Positions 1-7,402 of a DNA stretch of 43,483 nucleotides are shown piece after piece. The stretch lies in IMG/VR virus record IMGVR_UViG_3300026534_000004, positions 1 through 43,483 of that record; one strand, given 5' to 3'. The stretch's first letter is position 1. Every line of letters starts with the position of its first letter. Below the pieces are notes generated by a model, which was given only the letters and a program-made list of their open reading frames with translations, was not told the DNA's origin and ran no database searches. The position numbers and the translations under genes were made by a program. The DNA is from a virus. Lineage: Duplodnaviria; Caudoviricetes.

Positions 1-49
1 TGGCGGCTTTCCGTGCCGGGCCGAACATAAATTTACGGGAATGGGGGAA

Positions 50-126
50 TGGCGCCCTCGAGACGATTCGAACGTCCGACCTACCGCTTAGGAGGCGGTT
101 GCTCTATCCGGCTGAGCTACGAGGGC
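50..126 (-). tRNA. tRNA-Arg(CCT), integration target, intact copy
   Basis: Minus strand folds as a cloverleaf: GCCCTCG acceptor stem, D arm, ACCGC-CTCCTAA-GCGGT anticodon arm, GGACG-TTCGAAT-CGTCT T arm, encoded GCCA end. Confidence 0.95.
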
Positions 127-127
127 G
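84..127 (+). repeat. att core, left copy (44 bp)
   Basis: ccgcttaggaggcggttgctctatccggctgagctacgagggcg is identical to 43357-43400. Confidence 0.95.
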
Positions 128-135
128 AGTAATAA

Positions 136-148
136 AATCAAACACTTA
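136..148 (+). promoter_or_regulatory. IHF binding site in att arm
   Basis: AATCAAACACTTA matches WATCAANNNNTTR; a second match lies by the right att. Confidence 0.7.
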
Positions 149-191
149 GCTGCTCGCGTCTCTCTTTGTCCTGCGGATTGTGTCCAAGATT

Positions 192-220
192 TGGACAATT
201 TGCGATTAAATCCGCATAAT
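192..220 (+). promoter_or_regulatory. Putative integrase promoter overlapping TGGACA-like arm-type repeats
   Basis: TGGACA-17 bp-CATAAT. Inverted repeat tgtccaa-gat-ttggaca at 181-197; TGGAYA repeats at about 234-251 and 43302-43320. Confidence 0.55.
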
Positions 221-255
221 CCGAGATCCCTGGTGGATACATAGTGGACACGGAG

Positions 256-1224
256 ATGGCGTCGATCCGCAAGACGCGGAGCGGCCGGTTTCAAGCAGTG
301 GTGCGGGTGCGCGGATACCCGACGGTGTCGCGTGTGTTCCGCACTCGCAGCCAGGCCCGAACCTGGGCGCAGCGCGTCGAGGATGATATGCGACTTGGGA
401 CCTGGCGGCAAGACGTCGGGGTCACGGTCGGGGATGTGCTCGACCGCTATCTGCGCGAGATCGTGCCGCTGAAGAAAAGCTGGGCATTCCATCGAACCAA
501 TTGCACGAATCTGGCCAAGGGGCTGGGGCGGGTCTTGCTCGCACGGCTGACAGCGCAGGACGTGGTCGCTTACGTCCGCTCCAGGCCGGTATCGCCATCC
601 ACAGTGCGCAAGGAGGTGAACACCCTGTCGCATGCCATAGATACAGCCGTGGCGCTGTGGGGGTATGAGATCACTGGTGACCCGGTGGGCAATGCAAAGC
701 GCATTTTGCGGGTGACCAAGGCGCTATCTCCTGCGCCGCCGCGCAACCGGCGCCTGGCTGACGGTGAGGAAGAGGCGCTACTGGCGGCCCTGGGCCGGTC
801 TCCAGAAACCAAGCTGCTGGCGCTGCTGACGCTGGCAACGGGCCGGCGCTTGAAAGAGTTGCTATCGATCTCCGATGAGGTGTTGGTGCGGCGCGGTGGC
901 CGCCTGCTGCTCGAGGTGCGCGATACGAAAACCGATCATCCGATCACGGTGCCGCTGTCAGCGGAGGCAGAGGCGCTGCTGGAGGGTTTCGACGGGTTCA
1001 CGATGCGGCCAGACAGCTACAGCCAGGCGTTCATGCGGGCAGTGAAGCGAGCCGGGTTGCGCGATCTTCGGCTGACGGACCTGCGGCACGAGGCGCTGTC
1101 TCGGCTGTTCGAGCGCGGGCTGTCGGTGCCGGAGGTCATGGCAATCTCAGGGCACCGAAGCCCGGATGTGTTGCTCAGGGTATATTCTCAAGTGGATGCG
1201 GATCGATTGAGTGATCGGCTATGA
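256..1224 (+). CDS. int: Tyrosine recombinase / phage integrase
   Basis: N-terminal MASIRK arm-binding-like segment; TGRRLKE, DLRHE, SGH and C-terminal Y motifs; adjacent to att. Alternative GTG start at 244. Confidence 0.92.
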   Translation: MASIRKTRSGRFQAVVRVRGYPTVSRVFRTRSQARTWAQRVEDDMRLGTWRQDVGVTVGDVLDRYLREIVPLKKSWAFHRTNCTNLAKGLGRVLLARLTAQDVVAYVRSRPVSPSTVRKEVNTLSHAIDTAVALWGYEITGDPVGNAKRILRVTKALSPAPPRNRRLADGEEEALLAALGRSPETKLLALLTLATGRRLKELLSISDEVLVRRGGRLLLEVRDTKTDHPITVPLSAEAEALLEGFDGFTMRPDSYSQAFMRAVKRAGLRDLRLTDLRHEALSRLFERGLSVPEVMAISGHRSPDVLLRVYSQVDADRLSDRL

Positions 1225-1437
1225 TTGAGCGGCCCATACCTCCAGCGCGAATTGCACTAGGTACGGGCAAGGGCGATAGCTTCGGTTCTCCGGCCGTGTC
1301 AGATATTTGCGGAACAGCGTCTCGTCAATGCCTAGCTGGCGGGCGATGGCTCGCTGTGACATGCCTATCTGCTCGATCAGTTCTCGCAGATAGGCAGGGT
1401 CTGGATTGTGCTGTGATATGTCCGGGGTGGCCATCAT
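1219..1437 (-). CDS. aca1: Anti-CRISPR-associated HTH repressor, Aca1 family
   Basis: TPDISQHNPDPAYLRELI..SQR..A..LG..YL..YRPCPYLVQFALE matches recalled Pseudomonas phage Aca1 (TPDASNHDPDPRYLRGLL...YRPAPYTVQFALE) over the full length. Confidence 0.85.
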   Translation of the reverse strand: MMATPDISQHNPDPAYLRELIEQIGMSQRAIARQLGIDETLFRKYLTRPENRSYRPCPYLVQFALEVWAAQS

Positions 1438-1745
1438 GCTCGCCCTGGTTTGTGGCTGACGGACTGCCCGCGCAGCTCCTCGATGAGCGCTTCCTGCGCT
1501 GTGTCCTCCATGACCGGATCGGGTGGCTCGCCGTTGGCACGGGCGATGGCATACCAGACAGTCAGCAACTGCGCCAGGTTGTCCTCTGGCGCGTTGAAAA
1601 ACAGGGCCTCGTCGATTCCGCTGGCGGCGCAGATACGGCGGATCACATCTGCGTCGAATTCAAGATCACCATCGGCTGTGCGGGACAGACTGAGGTCGGA
1701 AAAAGCCATCCCCTCGGGGATGGCGATGTTTACTTTGTCTTTCAT
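1434..1745 (-). CDS. Small acidic protein, candidate anti-CRISPR/anti-defence protein 3
   Basis: 103 aa, acidic, overlaps the aca1 start; function inferred from context only. Confidence 0.6.
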   Translation of the reverse strand: MKDKVNIAIPEGMAFSDLSLSRTADGDLEFDADVIRRICAASGIDEALFFNAPEDNLAQLLTVWYAIARANGEPPDPVMEDTAQEALIEELRGQSVSHKPGRA

Positions 1746-1966
1746 TATGCTTGGTCTCTGTCGCTGTCAGCCTTAATCTGGTCCAGTTCTGAGCATGATT
1801 CCCAATAGGATTTTGCCCGCTCATCCGCAGTCATCTGTCCGAATGCCTTACTCATGATTTTATAGGCCATTCCGAGCGAGACATTACTGATCCCAAGAGC
1901 TGCAAGTGGTTTAGGATCACCCGCCAAACGCGCTGCGGCTGCATCAAATAGTTTTTTGTTTTCCAT
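1745..1966 (-). CDS. Small protein, candidate anti-CRISPR/anti-defence protein 2
   Basis: 73 aa MENKKLF..., GGAGG RBS, 1-bp overlaps with both neighbours. Confidence 0.55.
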   Translation of the reverse strand: MENKKLFDAAAARLAGDPKPLAALGISNVSLGMAYKIMSKAFGQMTADERAKSYWESCSELDQIKADSDRDQA

Positions 1967-2187
1967 CACTTTTCCTCCGTCCATGCTTCTTTGTGACTGA
2001 TGATTTCTCCCGCTTCCTTGAGCTTCTCAAGACCGGCAAGTCCCTGCTCCATGGGGTAGATTGTGGGGTTTGCACCATTTACCCCGACGTGGACTTCGTT
2101 GCGTTCCTCATCGATTTTAATGGTGTATTCCTTCCCGTCATAATTGATGACCCATGTTTCAAGGTGGTTAATGGTGATGAGTGCCAT
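1966..2187 (-). CDS. Small acidic protein, candidate anti-CRISPR/anti-defence protein 1
   Basis: 73 aa MALITINH..., GAGGAGAGG RBS, first gene after the strong promoter. Confidence 0.55.
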   Translation of the reverse strand: MALITINHLETWVINYDGKEYTIKIDEERNEVHVGVNGANPTIYPMEQGLAGLEKLKEAGEIISHKEAWTEEK

Positions 2188-2248
2188 TTTCCTCTCCTCG
2201 CCCTTCCGGGCTGGTTCTGGCGCTCGGGGCCAATCCCCTGCGCTTGTG

Positions 2249-2290
2249 ATTATAGTAGCGCCATTGGTCGCTAATGTCAACAGTTTTTTT
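2249..2290 (-). promoter_or_regulatory. Strong sigma70 promoter of the acr-aca1 operon with putative Aca operator
   Basis: A-tract, TTGACA (2280-2275), 17 bp, TACTAT (2257-2252). Imperfect palindrome TAGCGCCATTGGTCGCTA (2256-2273) spans the spacer. Confidence 0.8.
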
Positions 2291-3014
2291 ACAGCCAGCC
2301 GTTTTTTTTCGCGAGGCGCCAGGCATCGGGGTAATGCTCGCGCAGGTACTCGATGCGGCCGTGCGACTCGCCAGAGCGGCCGATGATGCCGTTGCGGGCG
2401 TTTGGCCCCATGCGATGGTAGATGTCGAGGATGGGGAGGTCTCGGGTGACGATGTGGGCCCAGACATCGGTTGTACTCCAGCGTGCGATGGGCAGATAGG
2501 CTCCGCCGCCGGCGGCGTAGTTATAGGCAGCGCCGCGTTTGGCGATGAGGATGCGTCGAGCGCGGCTCTCGTCTGCGCGCAGGCCCATGACGCGGTGGGT
2601 GAGGCCGTGTTGTTCCGCGTAATCGTAAATCTGCGCGAACATTTCGTTGTGGATAGCCTGCTGGTAGTCCTCGACGGATTCCTGGGCGCGGTTGCCGCCC
2701 CATTTGTCCCAATCGAACCGGTGGAAATTCCATCCTGCGCGCTCGATCCAGCGCAGCCATTGGGCTCGATCCTCGTCCGTCCAATGGGTAGGGGTGCCAG
2801 GGTCGATCATGAGGATGGGGATGCCGGGGTGGACGCGGTGACAGAGATCGGCGACGACGGCGCTGTCTTTGCCGGCACTGAATCCTACATAGGTGACGGC
2901 TGGGTCGATGGCGCGAATGATCTCGATGGCCTGCCGCAGTTTGTTTCTATATCCTGGTGTTTGTGCGTGGCTGATGCAGGCTGCGCACCAGATGGGTGTC
3001 ATCTGGGTGGCCAC
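2289..3014 (-). CDS. cysH: CysH/PAPS-reductase-like protein (type IV-B associated)
   Basis: PP-loop VGFSAGKDS, IDPG, MGLRADES..R, PIARWSTTDVWAHI motifs; last gene of the csf operon. Confidence 0.85.
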   Translation of the reverse strand: MATQMTPIWCAACISHAQTPGYRNKLRQAIEIIRAIDPAVTYVGFSAGKDSAVVADLCHRVHPGIPILMIDPGTPTHWTDEDRAQWLRWIERAGWNFHRFDWDKWGGNRAQESVEDYQQAIHNEMFAQIYDYAEQHGLTHRVMGLRADESRARRILIAKRGAAYNYAAGGGAYLPIARWSTTDVWAHIVTRDLPILDIYHRMGPNARNGIIGRSGESHGRIEYLREHYPDAWRLAKKNGWL

Positions 3015-3520
3015 GGCATGATCTCCGGCAGGTAGATGAGGCCGCAGCCGAAGGCCCGGTTTTTCCCGATGCCGAACTGCAGCAGGCTGGCAAACCGTCC
3101 TCGATCGTGGACTTCGATGACGCCAGTTGTTTGCGCAACGCGCGCTGTCACGCCGTTTTTGATGCGGATGATTTCGTCCTCGAAGCGGACAAAGCGCAGC
3201 GTGGCCGCGTCGCCGAGTTGGCGTTTGAGCCAGTCGCGCCGGCGGAATCGATCATGGATCTCACGGCGCTTGTAGCCGTGTGCTTTCTCGCGCTTGGTGA
3301 TGACAAGATCGGCTGCAAACGACACAGGGCGCCCTGTCGGGATGCTGGACAGTGGCAGTTCAGTGCATGGATGGTGCGGCCTGGTGATGCTGAGCATCAA
3401 ATAGCCGTCGTCCATGCGGCGGTAGAGAAACTTCCTCGGCCCGTCATCGAACAGCGTGTGCAGGTGCTGGTGCACCTCATATGTCGGTATGTTTGGCAGT
3501 TTGACTTGGCTCAGAAACAC
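2999..3520 (-). CDS. cas6e: Cas6e (CasE/Cse3-like) crRNA-processing endoribonuclease
   Basis: GTG start with GGAGG RBS. MFLSQV..YEVHQHLHTLF..FLYR resembles the CasE N-terminus with the catalytic His; C-terminal Gly loop GIGKNRAFGCGL. Confidence 0.85.
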   Translation of the reverse strand: MFLSQVKLPNIPTYEVHQHLHTLFDDGPRKFLYRRMDDGYLMLSITRPHHPCTELPLSSIPTGRPVSFAADLVITKREKAHGYKRREIHDRFRRRDWLKRQLGDAATLRFVRFEDEIIRIKNGVTARVAQTTGVIEVHDRGRFASLLQFGIGKNRAFGCGLIYLPEIMPWPPR

Positions 3521-4161
3521 GGCTGTCCCTCCACGCAGTCTTCCCACCAGGGCGAGTACCAATAGGGTGGGCACCAGGGCCGCAGCGGCGCGGCCGTCCC
3601 GGTAGCAAGTTGTGCTCGCGCCGGGACGTTGCGGCGCTCCACGATGAATGCGGGGTCGATGTCCGCAAGCTCGACGCGCCATTCATGCACCGCGCCGTAG
3701 CCAGCCGCACCGTGGGGACCGATGGAGCGCACATCGTCCAGTAATTGCTGGATGTCGTCCGGCTCGCAGTCGTTGTCCATGATGAGCGCGGCGCGCCATT
3801 CTCGCGCGACGATAGTTTTGATCGGTTTGCGACGCTCCTTGAACTGGCCCGCCGCGGTGTTGATCTTCATCTTTCTGCCGAGGTTGGCGCGCTGCGATGG
3901 GTAGCGCTTGTGCAGATACTCACGGCCCTCGATGACATCACTGATCGGATAGATGTCTGTGGCGGCCCAGAGCGGTTTACCGTATTCATCAGTCCATAGA
4001 CGTGCCAGCGGGATGGGAACCGGCACTGGGCCTGTCTCCTGCATGGACGGCAGCACCTGGTGGCCTGCAGATGCCCACGCGAGCAGCGAGGCGAGGTTCT
4101 GTCTGGCCACGCCGGCAACAACCGGGGTCGTGACAGTAGCGGTGACGATCAGGCCGCGCAC
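3511..4161 (-). CDS. csf3: Csf3 / Cas5-family RAMP (type IV)
   Basis: RAMP first strand LIVTATVTTPVV, Gly loop SIGPHGAAGYGAV, C-terminal RPWCPPYW; follows the Cas7-like gene. Confidence 0.75.
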   Translation of the reverse strand: MRGLIVTATVTTPVVAGVARQNLASLLAWASAGHQVLPSMQETGPVPVPIPLARLWTDEYGKPLWAATDIYPISDVIEGREYLHKRYPSQRANLGRKMKINTAAGQFKERRKPIKTIVAREWRAALIMDNDCEPDDIQQLLDDVRSIGPHGAAGYGAVHEWRVELADIDPAFIVERRNVPARAQLATGTAAPLRPWCPPYWYSPWWEDCVEGQPCF

Positions 4162-4994
4162 AGCACTTTCTCCGTGCCGAGTGTGCCAGTGGTCAGCCCG
4201 TCGCGCATGGCATCGTGATGGCCTGCAATATGATCGAGATAGGCCTCGCCCTTATTCGGCAGCGAGGCGCAGACGATCTCGACGCGGCCACGACCTTGCC
4301 GTGCCTGACCGCCGATGTAGCGATCCCAATTATCCAGGGCGATGTCGATGCAGCCGAGGGTGGCGTCCGGGCAGAGGTCATCCAGGGTGAGTTCGATGTG
4401 GATCTTCGCGCCGGCGGCGAGCGTCTCGTAGGTGTAGAGCATCTGATTGCCATCTGAGCTGCTGCCTGTGCCGCGCGTGCGCGTCTCCTCGTCGAGCAGG
4501 TCGAACGCGGAGACCTGCCTGGCCTCATCCTCCAGCTCAGGCGCGACCAGCGCGAGGGGGTCGGCGTATTCACGTGCGACCAGCCAGGCGGCGATGCGCA
4601 GACGGGAGCGTGGCAGGATGAAGCCATCGACGGCGCCACCGAGCAGATCGAGGCTAGGGTAGAGCGAACGGATCATGTGGCCCAGCTCGATGTCGTTTGT
4701 TGGCGCCTTGGCGCCGGCCTTCATTTGCCCGCCAGAGTACAGCAGGTTGACGACGGTTTGCGGCACACTGCCGGGCGTGATGTCGAGTTCGTCAACTAGA
4801 TGATCGGCCAGTGGGGTGCGGAACAGGGTGGCGCGCAGCGCGTTCTCGCTGATGGCTGGCACCCGCGCTGGCACTCCATTGACGAGCATGTTCTGGCGCA
4901 TGAACAAGCGGGTGTTGGTCTGGTTATCGATGCCAGTTACGGTGTCACCGTGGGCAATCGGTGTGATGGTCTGCAGCGTGATCGAGTATTTCAC
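4149..4994 (-). CDS. csf2: Csf2 / Cas7-family backbone subunit (type IV)
   Basis: LQTITPIAHGD, VPAISENALRATLFR, LYSGG, PSLDLLGG, QMLYTYETLAAG, IGGQARQGRG motifs. Confidence 0.85.
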   Translation of the reverse strand: MKYSITLQTITPIAHGDTVTGIDNQTNTRLFMRQNMLVNGVPARVPAISENALRATLFRTPLADHLVDELDITPGSVPQTVVNLLYSGGQMKAGAKAPTNDIELGHMIRSLYPSLDLLGGAVDGFILPRSRLRIAAWLVAREYADPLALVAPELEDEARQVSAFDLLDEETRTRGTGSSSDGNQMLYTYETLAAGAKIHIELTLDDLCPDATLGCIDIALDNWDRYIGGQARQGRGRVEIVCASLPNKGEAYLDHIAGHHDAMRDGLTTGTLGTEKVLCAA

Positions 4995-5416
4995 AGGATG
5001 CCCTCCAGAGAATCTTCAAAATCGTCATAGTTGGATTCGGTCGTTTGCAATGCCGACCGTTTCGGTTTTTCGGCGCTGTGGATCATGCGCGCGATAGTGA
5101 CGATGCTCACCGCCTCGGTTGCCAGACAGCGCAGCACGTCGCCCTGTTGGTCTGCACGGAAGAAACCGGCAATCTGGCTGTCGAATTTCGTTGGCGGAAC
5201 AGGCCACCGCATCTTGCGTAGCAGGGCCGCCCAGAATTCCGGGATGTTGCGGCTCTGCACGGCGCACAATTCCACGCGCCCAGCCAGTACGGGATAGCGT
5301 GTCGTGCCGGTGAACAGGCCGGTGCCGTCCACCGAGTTAAAACAATCCAAGCTGAGCTTGATCAGTTTCACCGCGGTCTGTTGCGGCGGGGTCAGCGTGT
5401 CGAGCAGTGTTTGCAT
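4991..5416 (-). CDS. cas11: Cas11-like small subunit (type IV-B)
   Basis: 141 aa predicted helical protein between csf1 and csf2, the cas11 position in IV-B loci; assignment is mainly positional. Confidence 0.6.
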   Translation of the reverse strand: MQTLLDTLTPPQQTAVKLIKLSLDCFNSVDGTGLFTGTTRYPVLAGRVELCAVQSRNIPEFWAALLRKMRWPVPPTKFDSQIAGFFRADQQGDVLRCLATEAVSIVTIARMIHSAEKPKRSALQTTESNYDDFEDSLEGIL

Positions 5417-6131
5417 GAGCTCGTTTCTCCTCTTTGGTTACGCCGGCCATGAGCAGGGCCGGCAGGAATTCGGGGCGCTGGCGCAGGTTGGCCAGGGTGG
5501 ATTCCAGGCGCATGGTCTCCGCCGGGTCGCGGCTGGCGCGCTTGTAGTCGTTGAACAGCGAATGATAGATCGCGCTCTTGGCGTAGCCTGCGCGCAGGAT
5601 TGGCAGTATTTCGTCGATAGCGCGCAGCAGGTCGGCAAGATCGAATTGGCGCCACTCGCTCACGTCGTAGTCTGGCGCGTGCACATACAACCCGAACCGT
5701 TCGATGCTGGCCAGTTGGCAGCGGTGCCACAGCCGGATTTTCACGTCGGTCGTGAGCACGCCGGTAATGGCGGTTTGGCCTGGCAGGCGGGCCAGATCGC
5801 GGATGATCTGCAGCCATGGGCGCTTGTCCTGCACTACTGACTCGACCGAGATCACCGCCAGCTCAAAACCCGTCGGCGCGCTGGCGATGAAATTCCCTGG
5901 GCGCCCTTTGCCGATATCCATCAGCCAGGCGCATGGGATGCAGAAATGCGTGGCCGTGCGGAAACGGAATAGTTGCGAGTCGCCGACGGTTGTGCTCTTG
6001 ATGATCTTCTTGGTCGGCACGCCTTTGTGGCGTATTTCATCTCCACATATCATGCAGCGTCCGGATGCGGGTTCAGGATCGTGTTTCGGTGCGGGCTGTC
6101 CTGCCGACAGCCAAATGAGTTCTGACGGCAT
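5337..6131 (-). CDS. csf1: Csf1 / Cas8-like large subunit (type IV)
   Basis: 264 aa with N-terminal Zn finger (CMICG...FCIPC); first gene of the RAMP operon. Confidence 0.72.
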   Translation of the reverse strand: MPSELIWLSAGQPAPKHDPEPASGRCMICGDEIRHKGVPTKKIIKSTTVGDSQLFRFRTATHFCIPCAWLMDIGKGRPGNFIASAPTGFELAVISVESVVQDKRPWLQIIRDLARLPGQTAITGVLTTDVKIRLWHRCQLASIERFGLYVHAPDYDVSEWRQFDLADLLRAIDEILPILRAGYAKSAIYHSLFNDYKRASRDPAETMRLESTLANLRQRPEFLPALLMAGVTKEEKRAHANTARHADPAATDRGETDQAQLGLF

Positions 6132-6337
6132 CAGCTCGCCCTCCTGATCCGCCCCAACTGCTGCCGCATGGCCTCGTCCAGTAGCATGTTGAGCATGCTG
6201 CGCGGGTAGACTTTGATTTTTCCCAGGCGCACCGGCTCGGGGAAGTCGCCACGGGCGATGTATGTGCTCAACGTCTCGCGCTTGACGCGGAGCTTTTCGG
6301 CCATTTCGTCGATGGTGTAGAAGTCGTCGATTGGCAT
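6131..6337 (-). CDS. Excisionase/AlpA-like winged-HTH protein
   Basis: FYTIDEMAEKLRVKRETLSTYIARGDFPEPVRLG is a typical Xis/AlpA pattern. Confidence 0.75.
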   Translation of the reverse strand: MPIDDFYTIDEMAEKLRVKRETLSTYIARGDFPEPVRLGKIKVYPRSMLNMLLDEAMRQQLGRIRRAS

Positions 6338-6338
6338 G

Positions 6339-6686
6339 CTACCCCCTGCTGACCAGATCAGGCCGTGTGATGTGGTTGACCGGACTGATGACTCGATCGT
6401 TATCGTCGAATTCGGCAACGCCGATGTGGTCGAGGTACTCGATATATTCACCGCGCAATCCGCCGAGCGATACGCACCAGACGGGCTCCAGTGCGTCGCG
6501 CAGGTCGGCGCAGGACTCGCAGGTTTTGTACGTCGACCACTCGCCGCCCCACATCCCATTGATGACCTGGTAGCGCTCGCCAGGTTTGATCGCGCGGCGG
6601 CACTCGCAACAGATGTGCGGCTTGCGCGCGGTGTGCCAGGTTTCGTTGATCAATGTCGGTTGTTCGGTGTCGATGCAGCAGCTCAT
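6339..6686 (-). CDS. Cys-rich (Zn-binding) phage hypothetical protein
   Basis: TARKPHICCEC...YKTCESC; GGAGG RBS. Confidence 0.7.
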   Translation of the reverse strand: MSCCIDTEQPTLINETWHTARKPHICCECRRAIKPGERYQVINGMWGGEWSTYKTCESCADLRDALEPVWCVSLGGLRGEYIEYLDHIGVAEFDDNDRVISPVNHITRPDLVSRG

Positions 6687-6702
6687 TGGTCACCTCCGTT
6701 GT

Positions 6703-7338
6703 TCAGTCTCCACCGCATCGAATGGCATCAAAAATGACCTTCTTCCATTTTTTCCACCAATCCAACGCTTTTTTGTCCATTTTTTTGATGTCGTCATCAG
6801 AAAATGATTGCCAAAGCTCAATGGAATGTTGTTGGCAGCCTATTGCCAACTGATTCTTCCACCAAACAACGTGATATCGAGGTAACAACAAAGTGGAATT
6901 CGGCAAGATGCACAAACGCAAGTCAGACCCGATTAAGTTAGCTCCACTCAAGTTAGACCCGCTTAAGTTAGCTCCACTCAAGTCAGAGCCGCTTAAGTTA
7001 GCTACACTCAAGTCAGAGCCGCTTAAGTTAGCTCCACTCAAGTTAGAGCCGCTTAAGTTAGCTCCACTCAAGTTAGACCCGCTTAAGTTAGCTCCACTCA
7101 AGTTAGAGCCGCTTAAGTTAACCCCACGTAAGATAGCTCTACTCAAATCAACGTTGCATAAGACAGCTCTACTCAAGTTAGATCCACTCAAGTCAATCCT
7201 GCGCAAGACAGTTTTGTTCAAGATGGCCCGACGGCCATCTTGTCCGTTTGTCTCCAACCAGAGATTATGATCGTCTAAAATTTTTTTGATATTCATGTTT
7301 ACCTTCAGTTTGCCACTTTTCATGTCCACGGTGTTCAT
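6703..7338 (-). CDS. Pentapeptide-repeat protein
   Basis: Many (A/S)(N/D)LSG pentapeptides; C-terminal IGCQQH..W domain; start chosen at the repeated GGAG-ATG unit. Confidence 0.88.
   Translation of the reverse strand: MNTVDMKSGKLKVNMNIKKILDDHNLWLETNGQDGRRAILNKTVLRRIDLSGSNLSRAVLCNVDLSRAILRGVNLSGSNLSGANLSGSNLSGANLSGSNLSGANLSGSDLSVANLSGSDLSGANLSGSNLSGANLIGSDLRLCILPNSTLLLPRYHVVWWKNQLAIGCQQHSIELWQSFSDDDIKKMDKKALDWWKKWKKVIFDAIRCGGD
6931..7120. repeat. Near-perfect 30-bp tandem repeat (about 6 units) encoding pentapeptides
   Basis: Unit gcttaagttagctccactcaagttagaccc and minor variants, in frame. Confidence 0.9.
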
Positions 7339-7350
7339 GACGATCTCCAC
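7326..7350. repeat. 25-bp direct repeat, copy 1 (RBS+ATG unit)
   Basis: ccacggtgttcatgacgatctccac is identical at 9284-9308. Confidence 0.9.
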
Positions 7351-7402
7351 TACGTTCGCGCCATGTATTGTCTTGCAGGCCATCCAGTTTCAGGTGTTCA
7401 TC

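Noticed and set aside
2195-2248. acr leader hairpins (GGGG-ATTGG-CCCC; GCCC-GGAA-GGGC) as an RNA anti-CRISPR
   Set aside because: No full CRISPR repeat match; more likely ordinary 5' UTR structure.
2289-3014. cysH as an auxiliary metabolic gene for sulfate assimilation
   Set aside because: It lacks the C-terminal catalytic ECG motif and is embedded in the csf operon.
6931-7120. 30-bp tandem repeats near the cas genes as a CRISPR array
   Set aside because: No unique spacers; the units are contiguous, in frame and encode pentapeptide repeats.
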